A stretch of 56,200 nt of DNA from Deltaproteobacteria bacterium (GCA_023487865.1 JAMDBG010000088.1:1-56200); one strand, 5' to 3'; shown: positions 8,984 through 19,083, counted from the first letter of the stretch. The notes: generated from the letters alone by a model not told the origin. Numbers and translations: made by a program.

Positions 8984-10762
8984 TTGCATCGAAACATCGG
9001 GAGGGAATTCAAACTGGACAAAGCAATTTCGACCGGAAAACTGCCCACAACCCGCTGGCGTTTGCGGGATGAAAATAAAGAGAGTCAAGAGTTACTGATA
9101 AGGGAACTGGGGCTCAGCCAGATCATATCCCGAATCCTCATCAGTCGCGATATCGTTAATCCCGATGACGCACGCCGTTATCTTTCACCCTCACTCCGCG
9201 ACCTCCACAATCCCTTTCAAATGCAGGATATGAAAAAGGCGGTTCAACGTCTCATCTGCGCTATTCATCAGAAAGAGAAAGTGGTTATTTACGGTGATTA
9301 TGATGCTGACGGTATAACCTCCGTCGTCGTTCTTCTCCGGTTTCTTCGACAGATCTATGGGGGCGTAATCTACTATATTCCCGACCGTATTACAGAAGGT
9401 TATGGGCTCAATCTTGCGGCAGTTGAAAGAATGCACTCTGAAGGTGTCAGCCTGATCGTTTCAGTGGATTGCGGTATATCCGACCATGAACAGATCGCCT
9501 ATGCCAGGAAGCTAGGTATAGACACAATCATCCTTGACCACCATCAACTATCCAATACCCTTCCCCAAGCTGTAGCGGTGGTCAATCCGAATCGTACGGA
9601 TTGCCGCTTCCCCTTTAAACATTTGGCCGCAGTAGGTATCGTATTTAACTTTCTGATTGCCTTACGCGGTGCGCTGAGGCAGGAAGGGTTTTGGAAAAAT
9701 GATCTCTATCCTAACCTCAAGGAGTATCTGGATCTTGTCGCCTTGGGCACCATTGGTGATATCGCTCCTCTTATGGATGAAAATCGGATATTCGTCAAAA
9801 TGGGCTTGGATTTGATGACCGAAGACAGGCGGATTGGTATTCGCGCCCTGAAGCTGGTATCGGGGATTGAACATCAGGTCATCGATACCACAAAAGCATC
9901 ATTTTGCCTGATACCAAGGATCAACGCTGCCGGAAGGGTAGATTCCGCAAAAGAGGCTGTTGAACTTCTTTTAACGGAAAATCCGATACGGGCTGATGAA
10001 CTCGCCAATAAGCTCGATGGATTCAACCGGAAACGTCAGGCCATGGAGAAATTAATATTCGCTGAAATTCTCGAACAGGTGGGAGATCAATTTGATACCG
10101 AAAAAATCGGACCACTCGTTTTCGCCTCGGCAAACTGGCATCCTGGAGTCATCGGTATCGTCGCATCCCGAATGGTCGATCGCTTCGGAAGACCGGCCAT
10201 ACTGATCAGTCTTAAAGACGGCATTGGAAAGGGATCGGGACGCAGCATCGCTGATTTCAATATCTATCAAGGATTGAAGCGCTGTGAATCCCTTCTGCTC
10301 TCTTACGGCGGCCACCATTTCGCCGCAGGTATTTCTATCAGAGAGGAAGATATTGAAAAATTTTCAACTCTTTTTAAGGAGGTCGTTCACGAAAACAGCC
10401 CGGAAACAGACTTTACTGCCTTTACAACCATCGATGCTCAGTGCAGCCTTACGGAGATCAACCATGAGCTCCTTTCGCAGTTTGATCAACTGGCCCCTTT
10501 CGGTAGTCGTAATCCAGAGCCGATATTATGTGTCCGAAACGTCCGTGTGGCTTCTCCTTCTATTGTGGGTAATAACCATCTCAAAATGCGGGTCAGTTCC
10601 AACGGCGTGACACGGAATTCAATTTGGTTCAGTAATGGCCAATATCTCCCGGAGCTCTCTGCCGCTATGCTGGATATCGTGTTCACCCCTCAGATCAATT
10701 ATTGGAATGGCTCATCGGATATCCAGCTCAAAATGAGAGATATTGCGATTCAGGCGCACTAA
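8984..10762 (+). CDS. recJ: single-stranded-DNA-specific exonuclease RecJ
   Basis: 592-aa ORF with DHH-family motifs (VVIYGDYDADGITS, VDCGI, DHH at LDHHQ) and the DHHA1 region GGHHFAAG. TTG start with AAGAGG just upstream. Confidence 0.9.
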   Translation: MHRNIGREFKLDKAISTGKLPTTRWRLRDENKESQELLIRELGLSQIISRILISRDIVNPDDARRYLSPSLRDLHNPFQMQDMKKAVQRLICAIHQKEKVVIYGDYDADGITSVVVLLRFLRQIYGGVIYYIPDRITEGYGLNLAAVERMHSEGVSLIVSVDCGISDHEQIAYARKLGIDTIILDHHQLSNTLPQAVAVVNPNRTDCRFPFKHLAAVGIVFNFLIALRGALRQEGFWKNDLYPNLKEYLDLVALGTIGDIAPLMDENRIFVKMGLDLMTEDRRIGIRALKLVSGIEHQVIDTTKASFCLIPRINAAGRVDSAKEAVELLLTENPIRADELANKLDGFNRKRQAMEKLIFAEILEQVGDQFDTEKIGPLVFASANWHPGVIGIVASRMVDRFGRPAILISLKDGIGKGSGRSIADFNIYQGLKRCESLLLSYGGHHFAAGISIREEDIEKFSTLFKEVVHENSPETDFTAFTTIDAQCSLTEINHELLSQFDQLAPFGSRNPEPILCVRNVRVASPSIVGNNHLKMRVSSNGVTRNSIWFSNGQYLPELSAAMLDIVFTPQINYWNGSSDIQLKMRDIAIQAH

Positions 10763-10769
10763 AAATGAA

Positions 10770-11681
10770 TCAGCGTAGAATCAAGGCAAATGATTTGACG
10801 CGTAGGACAGGATTATAGGACTGCTTCGACTCCGCCAGGTTGGGAAGATTCATATCGCTTTCCTTATTGATATATTGATATTCACTGAAGAGTCTTTTTG
10901 AACATTCATTATCCAGAAACTGATACAGACCTTTGATTTCCGAGAAGGCCTTTTCAAAATTGAGCGTTGCTGTCGTCCTGTTCAGCCGAGAGCCGATACC
11001 GAATGCCGAGACAGCACCGTCAATGCGAATCAGTATCCCTATCGATTCAAAGTGTTCGATATTTTTAAGTGTTGTAATCAGAGCCGCCTTCTCGCATGCG
11101 AGGCTGGAATTCTGATCGACGTCACAGTCGTGTTCCGAACACCAGATATCTAAAAACTGCAGGCACTCATCAATATGCTTCTGTTGAATATTCTCCACCG
11201 AAACGCGACCTTTCCTCAAGTATTCACGTGAAAACTGATGGATAAGATTCCGTTTCTTTGAAAATTTGTTGCCTTTGAGTTGGATCAGGTCTTCTGTAAG
11301 GTAGACGTAATCCGCAAATTCTCTTTGCTCTTCTATGGAGAAGAAGGACTCAAGTTCAGATCGTTCGAGCATGTCCAGATAATCTCCCGGGGCATACCAG
11401 TACTGAGTGAATCCCAGTTCACTGGCAAACCGGTGCATTTCCGCTGGCAAGAATACCCTTCCCCGTGAAACGGGGAGTATGAGATGTCGGTCCTCTGGAT
11501 GGTCTTCCGGTTCACCGGCGATGAAGAGAACCTCATTAACTACAGCATAACGGCTTCTGAAATTGAGAGTACTCCAGGCTATGAGGGGCGCTGGTGAATA
11601 AATACTGAGGCTGTAAGGTTGTTCTTCGAAATAAGTCTTCAGAATATTATAATCGGAAACCGTAAGAGGCGTAAAGTTCAT
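10770..11681 (-). CDS. DUF2156 (MprF C-terminal/aminoacyl-lipid-synthase-like, GNAT-fold) domain protein
   Basis: Resembles free-standing DUF2156 proteins: YVYLTEDLIQLKGNKFSKKRNLIHQFSREY...ECLQFLDIWC and FGIG...ATLNFEKA. I take the start as ATG 11681 (MNFTPL...), which overlaps the upstream stop as ATGA. Confidence 0.65.
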   Translation of the reverse strand: MNFTPLTVSDYNILKTYFEEQPYSLSIYSPAPLIAWSTLNFRSRYAVVNEVLFIAGEPEDHPEDRHLILPVSRGRVFLPAEMHRFASELGFTQYWYAPGDYLDMLERSELESFFSIEEQREFADYVYLTEDLIQLKGNKFSKKRNLIHQFSREYLRKGRVSVENIQQKHIDECLQFLDIWCSEHDCDVDQNSSLACEKAALITTLKNIEHFESIGILIRIDGAVSAFGIGSRLNRTTATLNFEKAFSEIKGLYQFLDNECSKRLFSEYQYINKESDMNLPNLAESKQSYNPVLRVKSFALILR

Positions 11682-12121
11682 TTTCTCTTCATCATTAACA
11701 TCGGGGTAGAGGTGCACATCTCCTGGAAACCAGCATGACGATAGAGGATGTCGGAACCCGGCTCAGCGATAAGTCCGATCCAAGCAATTCCGTCGGTGTA
11801 TAGTCGCTCCAGGAGTGTCTGAAGAATCAATTTCCCGATTCCCTGCCTCCTGCGGTCGATACGAACCGTTAAATCTTGAATATACGCATCGCTTATACCG
11901 TCACTAATTGCCCTTCCCATTCCGACGATATCATTTTCCTCCAAAGCAATAACAAAACAATGACTGCCGGCAATTAACTTCATTACCAAGTCTTTTCTGC
12001 AGTCATCCTCTACATGCCACCACCCTTGCGCCTGGTAAAGCGCGATGATCTGACGGATCTGCTCTTCGTTCGGTTCCCGAAGAAATACACACTGTATCTT
12101 GTTGTTATTACCTGTTTCCAT
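11678..12121 (-). CDS. GNAT family N-acetyltransferase
   Basis: Acetyl-CoA-binding block RRQGIGKLILQTLLERL. Start chosen at ATG 12121 (METGNNN, GAGG 4 nt upstream), because a promoter-like element lies inside the longer ORF that reaches 12202. Confidence 0.75.
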   Translation of the reverse strand: METGNNNKIQCVFLREPNEEQIRQIIALYQAQGWWHVEDDCRKDLVMKLIAGSHCFVIALEENDIVGMGRAISDGISDAYIQDLTVRIDRRRQGIGKLILQTLLERLYTDGIAWIGLIAEPGSDILYRHAGFQEMCTSTPMLMMKRK

Positions 12122-12175
12122 CAAGCCTCGTCTGTAATGGAGACTGGATTGCAAAAACGTCCGGTTGTTCGTAAA

Positions 12176-12202
12176 ATTATAGGATCTTAGCACCTGTGTC
12201 AA
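12176..12202 (-). promoter_or_regulatory. sigma70-like promoter candidate for the GNAT-DUF2156 bicistron
   Basis: Minus strand: perfect TTGACA (12202-12197) and perfect TATAAT (12181-12176), but with a short 15-nt spacer. Confidence 0.3.
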
Positions 12203-12236
12203 GCCAGACCAATGAAATCAATATATGAGAGGTGAT

Positions 12237-13037
12237 TTACAACCATCGTTTACGACGCCGATAGGATTTCACATCTGCGTATGACTTGATGTTGCCTGCT
12301 GCGGACATACCGAGATAAAATTCACGGATGTCCGGATTATCCCGTAGAATATCAGCCGATCCCTCCATGACGATTTTCCCGTTCTCCATGACGTAACCGT
12401 GGTGGGCAATCTGGAGGGCCATCCGGGCATTCTGCTCTACCAGGATAATAGTGGTCCCTTCTTCCTCGTTGATCCGGCGGATGATCCGGAAGATTTCAAT
12501 TACAACCAAAGGAGCAAGACCCAGCGAAGGTTCATCCAAAAGAAGCAATTCTGGGTGTGCCATTAGGGCGCGGCCCATGACCAACATCTGGAGTTCTCCA
12601 CCGCTGCAGTAGCCAGCAAGCCCCCGGCGCCGCTTCCAAAGAGCCGGAAAGTAGTGGTATACCTTTTCAAGGTCTGAACGGTAAGGTTTGCCCCATCTGG
12701 TGGCCGTCCCGACCCTGAGATTTTCTTCTATCGTCAGATACTTGAATGGCTGGCGTCCTTCCAAAACCTGTATGATCCCATTTCGGGTTATTGTTTCCGG
12801 TGCTTGATTCTGGAGTTCCCTTCCCTGATAGAGAATCGTCCCATCCGTTACCTTGCCGTTCTCCGGCTTCAGGAGTCCCGAAATGGCTTTGAGGGTTGTT
12901 GTTTTCCCCGCTCCGTTGCTTCCCAGGAGGGAAACAATTCTGTTCTTCTGGACGGAGAGGGACACGCCTTTGAGAACCTGGATCACATCGGAGTAAACAA
13001 CAGAAATATTATTCAACTGCAATAGCAGGTTTTCCAT
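12237..13037 (-). CDS. ABC transporter ATP-binding protein, LivF-like
   Basis: Walker A GSNGAGKTT, signature/Walker B SGGELQML...LLLDEPSLGLAP. Start taken at MENLLLQLNNISV (ATG 13037), 10 nt after the permease stop. Confidence 0.85.
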   Translation of the reverse strand: MENLLLQLNNISVVYSDVIQVLKGVSLSVQKNRIVSLLGSNGAGKTTTLKAISGLLKPENGKVTDGTILYQGRELQNQAPETITRNGIIQVLEGRQPFKYLTIEENLRVGTATRWGKPYRSDLEKVYHYFPALWKRRRGLAGYCSGGELQMLVMGRALMAHPELLLLDEPSLGLAPLVVIEIFRIIRRINEEEGTTIILVEQNARMALQIAHHGYVMENGKIVMEGSADILRDNPDIREFYLGMSAAGNIKSYADVKSYRRRKRWL

Positions 13038-13047
13038 ATAACGACCT

Positions 13048-14118
13048 TTAATAAGAGAACGGCCAGAGACGAAAACTCGAACGCGTGATCCGCCATAATT
13101 CCGCCAACCCGCGTGGTTCGATGAGAATGAACATGACAATGGCCAGACCAAAAATGAATTCTCGTAACGGTGCCATGTTCAGGCCAGACGCTGCGACAAT
13201 GCCAGAATTCATAAGGATACCGGTCATGAAACGCAGCGATTCGTTGAGCAGTGTGATGAAGACCGCACCATAAATAGATCCTGAGATGCTACCCAGTCCG
13301 CCAATAATGACCATAGCGATATACTCAACAGATAGGCTGAGATTGAACGGCTCAGCAGTGATGCTGCCCATGTAGGATGCCCACAGGGCGCCTGCAAAAC
13401 CGGCATAGAATGAACTGATCCCGAAAGAGAGGAGTTTATATCGGAAGATCGGTATCCCCATTCCTTCCGCGGCGCGATCATTATCACGGATGGCGATGAA
13501 AGCCCGCCCGTAACGGGTGCGCATTAAATTGACTGCTATCCATCCCATCCCTGCCAGAGCAAGAAAGATGAGGTAGTAAAATCCGAGATCGCCTTGAAGG
13601 GAAAAGGTCAGCAGCTTTGTTGGAGGAAGTGTTATGCCTGCCGTCCCCTTCGTTAAGGTGTCCCAATGGATAAGTAAATATTCGATGATAAACTGACCGG
13701 CTAAAGTGGCGATGGTTAGATAAAGCCCCTTCAGACGGCCGGAGGGGATCCCGAAGATCATACCGATCATTGCCGTTATCAGGCCTGCCAATGGGATAGT
13801 GACAAAGAAAGGGAGATGGAATCGGGTGGCAAGGATAGCCGCGGCATAGGCCCCAACGCCGAAGAACGCGCCATGGCCCAGTGAAATCTGCCCTGTGAAA
13901 CCGATCAGTATGTTGAGACCAATCGCGGCAATCGCTGCAATCCCGATCATGTTGATGATATAAAGCATGTAAGGGCTTGCAAGCCAAGGAACCGTTGTAA
14001 CGAGAAGCACAAAGCCGATGACACCCCAGAGGCGGCCAAAATCGGTTGTAAAGACAGTCAGCTCCTGTGTATAGCGCTCACGGAAATTACCACAGGGGTG
14101 AAGATGAAATTTTTTCAT
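13048..14118 (-). CDS. ABC transporter permease, LivM-like
   Basis: 356-aa polytopic membrane ORF between the LivH-like and LivF-like genes. Has the typical GQISLGHGAFFGVGAY block. Confidence 0.85.
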   Translation of the reverse strand: MKKFHLHPCGNFRERYTQELTVFTTDFGRLWGVIGFVLLVTTVPWLASPYMLYIINMIGIAAIAAIGLNILIGFTGQISLGHGAFFGVGAYAAAILATRFHLPFFVTIPLAGLITAMIGMIFGIPSGRLKGLYLTIATLAGQFIIEYLLIHWDTLTKGTAGITLPPTKLLTFSLQGDLGFYYLIFLALAGMGWIAVNLMRTRYGRAFIAIRDNDRAAEGMGIPIFRYKLLSFGISSFYAGFAGALWASYMGSITAEPFNLSLSVEYIAMVIIGGLGSISGSIYGAVFITLLNESLRFMTGILMNSGIVAASGLNMAPLREFIFGLAIVMFILIEPRGLAELWRITRSSFRLWPFSY

Positions 14119-14121
14119 AAT

Positions 14122-15000
14122 TCAGACCCGTTCAATCTCCTTCAGTCCGAAAAGACCATAAGGTTTTAAAAGTAAAATGAGCACCAGTATGACATAGGGA
14201 ACGACGTCACGAAGTGATGGCGAGAGGTAGCCACCGGTGAAAGTTTCTAAAAGACCAATGATGATCCCACCAATGATGGCACCGCCTATACTGTCAAGTC
14301 CTCCCAGGATGACAACAGGAAAAACCTTAAGACCGATAGCTGACAGATCGTGGACATTGACCCCGTTGATGATTCCCAAAACCATCCCGCTCATCCCGGC
14401 GACAAGTGCAGCAATCGCCCAGGAAAGGGCGAAAACACGCTTGACATGAACCCCGAGAGAGAGGGCGGCTCTCTGGTTGTCAGCTACGGACCGCATGTAG
14501 ATCCCCTGTGAGGAGAATTTAAAGAACAGGCCGAACAGCAGCAAAAAGAGCATTCCGATGACCAACGTTGCCGAGTAAACAGGCGGGATACGAACTACTC
14601 CCCAGTTTATCCCGAGCGTCTCAGGGAGAAAATTGGGATAGGTATGAAGATTCCCACCCCAGATGAGCAGGATGATCCCTTTGAACATTGCTGCCAATCC
14701 TACTGTCAACATGATGACAAAGATCAGTGGTTCGCCGATCAAAGGCCGGAGAAAGATCCTTTCAATCATTATACCGAGGAGAAAACAGCCGACGAGGGCC
14801 AATAGAAAAGCAAGAAGAAAGGGGAGCTTTGCCCAGACAATGAAAGCGAGAAAAAAATAGGCCCCGATCGCAAGCAGTTCCCCATGGGCAAAATTGAGTA
14901 CACTGGAGGATTTGAATATCATGACAAATCCCATTGCCGAAAGCCCGTATAGAAAGCCAACGGAGATCCCACCGACCAAAAGCTGAATAAAAAAATCCAT
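14122..15000 (-). CDS. ABC transporter permease, LivH-like
   Basis: 292-aa polytopic membrane ORF with N-terminus MDFFIQLLVGGISVGFLYGLSAMGFVMIF and block LNFAHGELLAIGAY. Confidence 0.85.
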   Translation of the reverse strand: MDFFIQLLVGGISVGFLYGLSAMGFVMIFKSSSVLNFAHGELLAIGAYFFLAFIVWAKLPFLLAFLLALVGCFLLGIMIERIFLRPLIGEPLIFVIMLTVGLAAMFKGIILLIWGGNLHTYPNFLPETLGINWGVVRIPPVYSATLVIGMLFLLLFGLFFKFSSQGIYMRSVADNQRAALSLGVHVKRVFALSWAIAALVAGMSGMVLGIINGVNVHDLSAIGLKVFPVVILGGLDSIGGAIIGGIIIGLLETFTGGYLSPSLRDVVPYVILVLILLLKPYGLFGLKEIERV

Positions 15001-15015
15001 ATCTGCCCTTTAGTT

Positions 15016-16944
15016 TCAAAAAACCTGCACTATATGTACGAGGGTATCAATTTCCCCCACCTGTCCATCGCGATAGCGGATCTTCCCTTTTACACGGATC
15101 TCTTCAGCATCGGAATACATCGCTTCGATGAGCTTTAGATAGAGACCATAGACAAAACGACGACGCACTTTACCCGTTCGTGTCAGTTCATCGTCATCCG
15201 CATCCAGAAGCTTATAGAGTAAAATAAATTTGTGTATCTTCATGACCTCCGGTAATTGTTCATTGACCTTGCGCACCTCTTTCAGGATCAGTTCCTCAAC
15301 GGCTGGCTGTTGTGAGAGATCCATATAGGTTGTATAGGGGATCATTCTTTCTTCAGCCCAACTTCCCGTATTTCCAAAATCGATGTTGATCATGACTGTC
15401 AGATAGGGCCGGCCTTCACCAAAGATTACCGACTCCTTGATAAAGGGACTGAACTTGAGACGCGTTTCTATAAAATCCGGAGAAAAGGCATCTCCGCTCT
15501 TGTTACGGATGATCTCCTCTTTGCGGCCGATGATCAACAGATGCCTACCACCATCGATGTACCCTGCATCGCCAGTCCGGAGCCAACCCTGAACAAAGGC
15601 CGCTTCAGTGGCCTGATAATCCTGATAATACCCCTGAAAGACGGAGGGGCTGAAAACCAGAACTTCCTGGTCTTCAGCAATTCGTATCTGAACTCCGGGA
15701 AGCGGCTTGCCGACTGTCTCCGGTTTCACTTCATCATCGGGTTGGATCTGAAATATCCCTGTCGCTTCAGTCAACCCATAGCATTGCTTCAGGTTGAGAC
15801 CGATCGCCCTGAAGAAACTGATCACATCGGGGCTGATGGGATGACCTCCCGTATAGGCGCTCTGAAATTGTGAACAGCCGATCCGGTCAAGAAGCGGTCG
15901 ATAGATCATCAATCCCGCGAGATGATGAAGGCCTTTAAGGAAAAGAGGTATTGGTTCCTTTTTGATCTGTCTGGCCAAAACAGCCCGTCCGATCTTTTCC
16001 GCTTCCCTGAATAGTCGGCGTTTGATCCAGCCCGCATCCGACATTTTGACCCTTATCCGGGAGGCGAGCTCCTCCCAGAAACGTGATGCGGTGATGATTC
16101 GCGCTGGACCGATTTCCCGGAAGTCCTCCATGATCGTTTCCGGTGTTTCCGGAAAGTTCATCGTCATGCCGCCAAGAAGCGCTACACCTAAACCCCACAT
16201 CTGATCCACAATCCATGCCGGCGGCGACATCGAGAGCCAGTTCTCGCCGGGCATGATGGAAACCGCCTTGACCCAGCTCTCCCCTATTGCAGTCAGATTT
16301 CGGTGCGACAGCATGGCAAGCTTGGGAAGACCCGTCGTACCGGAGGTCTGAATCATCAGAGCCGTTTCCTCCGGCTTCCCCTGCTGCAATTCCGAATCAA
16401 AAAGGCTAGGTCGTTCCCGATCCAGCTCTTCACCCATTTTCAACAACTCACGGAAAGAAATCAGCCATGGATCGCCTGCGCAGGATCCCATTCCTGTCGG
16501 ATCAATATAGATGACCCTACGCACATGATCCAGTTTTTGACGGGAAGAAATCAGTTTGTCGGCTTGCTCTTGGTCCTGTACAAAAACATACGCCGCCTGG
16601 ATGCGGTTCAATGAGACGGACAACTCTTCCGCAACGGCTGATGTGAAGAGGTTCAGGGTGACACCACCAATAGACTGTGAACCAAGCTCCGAAAAAAGCC
16701 ATTCCGGATGGTTGTTGATGATCACCCCCACCGATTCACCACGCCTACATCCCAAGGCAACCAATCCCAGAGCGGTATGCCTTACATACCGCAGGTAATC
16801 TTCCCAGTGATAGGTCTGCCAGATCCCGTAGGCCTTTTCCCTTATAGCTGCTCCTGCGGTGCCGTAACGCTCCGCTTGGGCCGCCAGAAGCTGGGGAAGT
16901 GTTCCATTAAAAGATGGATCCCGTTGTCCTTGTTCCTGTTGCAA
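15016..16944 (-). CDS. AMP-forming acyl-CoA synthetase/ligase embedded in the ABC operon
   Basis: 642-aa ORF with AMP-binding motif IQTSGTTGLPKLAMLSH, GYGLTE-like QCYGLTEATG, and LRTGDAGYID. Confidence 0.85.
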   Translation of the reverse strand: MQQEQGQRDPSFNGTLPQLLAAQAERYGTAGAAIREKAYGIWQTYHWEDYLRYVRHTALGLVALGCRRGESVGVIINNHPEWLFSELGSQSIGGVTLNLFTSAVAEELSVSLNRIQAAYVFVQDQEQADKLISSRQKLDHVRRVIYIDPTGMGSCAGDPWLISFRELLKMGEELDRERPSLFDSELQQGKPEETALMIQTSGTTGLPKLAMLSHRNLTAIGESWVKAVSIMPGENWLSMSPPAWIVDQMWGLGVALLGGMTMNFPETPETIMEDFREIGPARIITASRFWEELASRIRVKMSDAGWIKRRLFREAEKIGRAVLARQIKKEPIPLFLKGLHHLAGLMIYRPLLDRIGCSQFQSAYTGGHPISPDVISFFRAIGLNLKQCYGLTEATGIFQIQPDDEVKPETVGKPLPGVQIRIAEDQEVLVFSPSVFQGYYQDYQATEAAFVQGWLRTGDAGYIDGGRHLLIIGRKEEIIRNKSGDAFSPDFIETRLKFSPFIKESVIFGEGRPYLTVMINIDFGNTGSWAEERMIPYTTYMDLSQQPAVEELILKEVRKVNEQLPEVMKIHKFILLYKLLDADDDELTRTGKVRRRFVYGLYLKLIEAMYSDAEEIRVKGKIRYRDGQVGEIDTLVHIVQVF

Positions 16945-16963
16945 AGAAACTCAGTTCCCTTCA

Positions 16964-17791
16964 TTATATAGTATCTGCATCGCCGAGATAGGCTTTGATC
17001 ACTTCTGGATGACGGATGATCTCTTCAGGTGTTCCTTCCGTAAGTTTTTCACCAAAATTGAGCACCGCAATTCTCTTGGCGATACTCATCACAATCGACA
17101 TATCATGTTCGACAAGGATCATCGTTTGCCCCCAGGCACGGTTCAGTTCCAATAGAAAACGGACCATGTCTTCCTTCTCCTCTAGATTCATACCGGCAAA
17201 TGGCTCATCCAGGACAAGGAGAGTAGGTTCGAGTGCAAGGGCCCTACCGAGTTCAACACGTTTCATCATCCCGTATGGTAAAGAACCAACCGGTTTGTTG
17301 CGTAGGGACTGTATTTCCAGAAAGTCGATAATCTCTTCCAGTATCCGTCGATGCCGGATTTCTTCCTGACGCACGGACGGCAAGAAGAGGCTAGCCGGAC
17401 CTAACCCATAACTACAGTGGGTATGGCGGGCAAGAAAGAGATTAGAGAGAACGGTCATTCCTGGAAAAAGTTCTATATTTTGAAATGTCCGTCCGATTCC
17501 TATACCAACCAACTCGTGAGCAGGGAGATAGGTGATATCTTCTCCATTGAAGGTAATCTTTCCTTCCTGGGGCCGGTAAAATCCAGTAATACAGTTCAAA
17601 AGGCTGGTCTTTCCGGCACCGTTGGGTCCAATGACCGCAAGCAGTTCACCGTTCCGGACGGAGAGATCGATATTGCTTAGAGCAATCACCCCCCCGAAAC
17701 GGAGCGCTATGCCGCGGATCTCCAGTTCAGCCTTCCGCAAAGCTGTACCGCTTTTTTCATATATGGACGGTTTTCCCCGGAACGCCTTCAT
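16964..17791 (-). CDS. ABC transporter ATP-binding protein, LivG-like
   Basis: Walker A GPNGAGKTS, LPYGMMKRVELGRAL, Walker B LLVLDEPFAGM. Confidence 0.85.
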   Translation of the reverse strand: MKAFRGKPSIYEKSGTALRKAELEIRGIALRFGGVIALSNIDLSVRNGELLAVIGPNGAGKTSLLNCITGFYRPQEGKITFNGEDITYLPAHELVGIGIGRTFQNIELFPGMTVLSNLFLARHTHCSYGLGPASLFLPSVRQEEIRHRRILEEIIDFLEIQSLRNKPVGSLPYGMMKRVELGRALALEPTLLVLDEPFAGMNLEEKEDMVRFLLELNRAWGQTMILVEHDMSIVMSIAKRIAVLNFGEKLTEGTPEEIIRHPEVIKAYLGDADTI

Positions 17792-17868
17792 CTCCTGTTC
17801 CCCTTACCTCGCACCGATGCCCTGCAAGCCCTGCGGGCAGGGCTTGCAGGATTGAATCATGATGTCTC

Positions 17869-19068
17869 TTACTTTTGGAGTTGAATCTTTTCCTTGCCGG
17901 GAATGTAAAAATTGGTCAGAGGCGTGAAGGAACCATCCTCTTTTACCTGGACGATCCTGGCGCTGAAAGAGGCTCCGTGATCTGTCGGGGAGTATGTGAC
18001 GTTGGGAATCAGGCCGCCGAAATCCTCCTGTTTGAAAGATTCCATGGCACGATTGATAGTTTCGCGGTTGATCGCTTGGGATTTTTCGCTTGCTCGGGTC
18101 ATCGCTCGCTCCATGATCATGGCCACGGCCACCCCTTCCCAATAGGATGCGTCGAATCTATCGACAGTCTTATACCTTTTCCACAATTCCTGCATCACCT
18201 TCATCCCCGTGTTTTTGTCTGAGGGCAGACCGCCCGGAAATTGAATGCGGAGACGATTCCTGATCAGACCCTGGCCCATTTTGATAAAATCGGGATCGGT
18301 TGATGTCCACGTCCCGAAGAACGGCGGATCGTAACCGATACGGTCTGCGCTTCTGAAAGCAGTTATGATGGAGGCGGGAAGCATTTGCATAAAGATATAT
18401 TCAGCACCGCTTTTCTGCAGACGGAGAAGCTCTGTTGTCAGATCGACTGTTTTCGGTGGAAATTCTTCAACAGCAACGATGTTGACGTTCTTCTTCGCAG
18501 CGTATTCGCGACTCGGTTTGTGTATGGAGAGACCATAGGCATTGTTGTAAGTCAGGAGCCCCACTTTGGGCGCTTCCTTCCCCTTATGGATAGTCCGGAT
18601 ATAATCCAGCACAGCCTCACAGTCCATGCGATAGCTTCCAAAGGGCAGGTACATGTATTCAATCGGCGGTTCTAATATCTCCCAGCTTGTAGAGTAGTTG
18701 ATTGTCGGAATCTTGTATTGCTGAATGATCGGTTTAGCTGCAAGCCCCTCACCTGCCCCCCAGGTAGCGATCATGTCCACATTGTCCTGTACAGCGAATT
18801 TTCTCACAGCTGCCACAGCCTCAGGAACTTTGTAAGCGGTATCCACCAGGATCATCTCGATTTTATTACCGGCGATCCCGGCCTTAACCTCATTGACATA
18901 ACGGAAATAGTCCTGCTGACCCTTGGCATGAAACTGTCCCCAGGTAGAAGCAGGACCGGTCAGGTTGATAGCTGCACCGACCTTGATCGTCTTGGCCGTT
19001 CCTATATTCGGCCAGATCAACGCCACAGCAAGTAACGCCAAAAGGATCCTTCTGCATGCACTGTACAT
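17869..19068 (-). CDS. periplasmic substrate-binding protein, LivK/Peripla_BP_6-like
   Basis: Start placed at ATG 19068 (MYSACRRILLALLAVALIWPNIGTA signal peptide), preceded by AAGGGAGGGAG. The track's longer ORF reaching 19155 would read through two terminator hairpins. Confidence 0.85.
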   Translation of the reverse strand: MYSACRRILLALLAVALIWPNIGTAKTIKVGAAINLTGPASTWGQFHAKGQQDYFRYVNEVKAGIAGNKIEMILVDTAYKVPEAVAAVRKFAVQDNVDMIATWGAGEGLAAKPIIQQYKIPTINYSTSWEILEPPIEYMYLPFGSYRMDCEAVLDYIRTIHKGKEAPKVGLLTYNNAYGLSIHKPSREYAAKKNVNIVAVEEFPPKTVDLTTELLRLQKSGAEYIFMQMLPASIITAFRSADRIGYDPPFFGTWTSTDPDFIKMGQGLIRNRLRIQFPGGLPSDKNTGMKVMQELWKRYKTVDRFDASYWEGVAVAMIMERAMTRASEKSQAINRETINRAMESFKQEDFGGLIPNVTYSPTDHGASFSARIVQVKEDGSFTPLTNFYIPGKEKIQLQK

Positions 19069-19083
19069 CGTTCTCCCTCCCTT

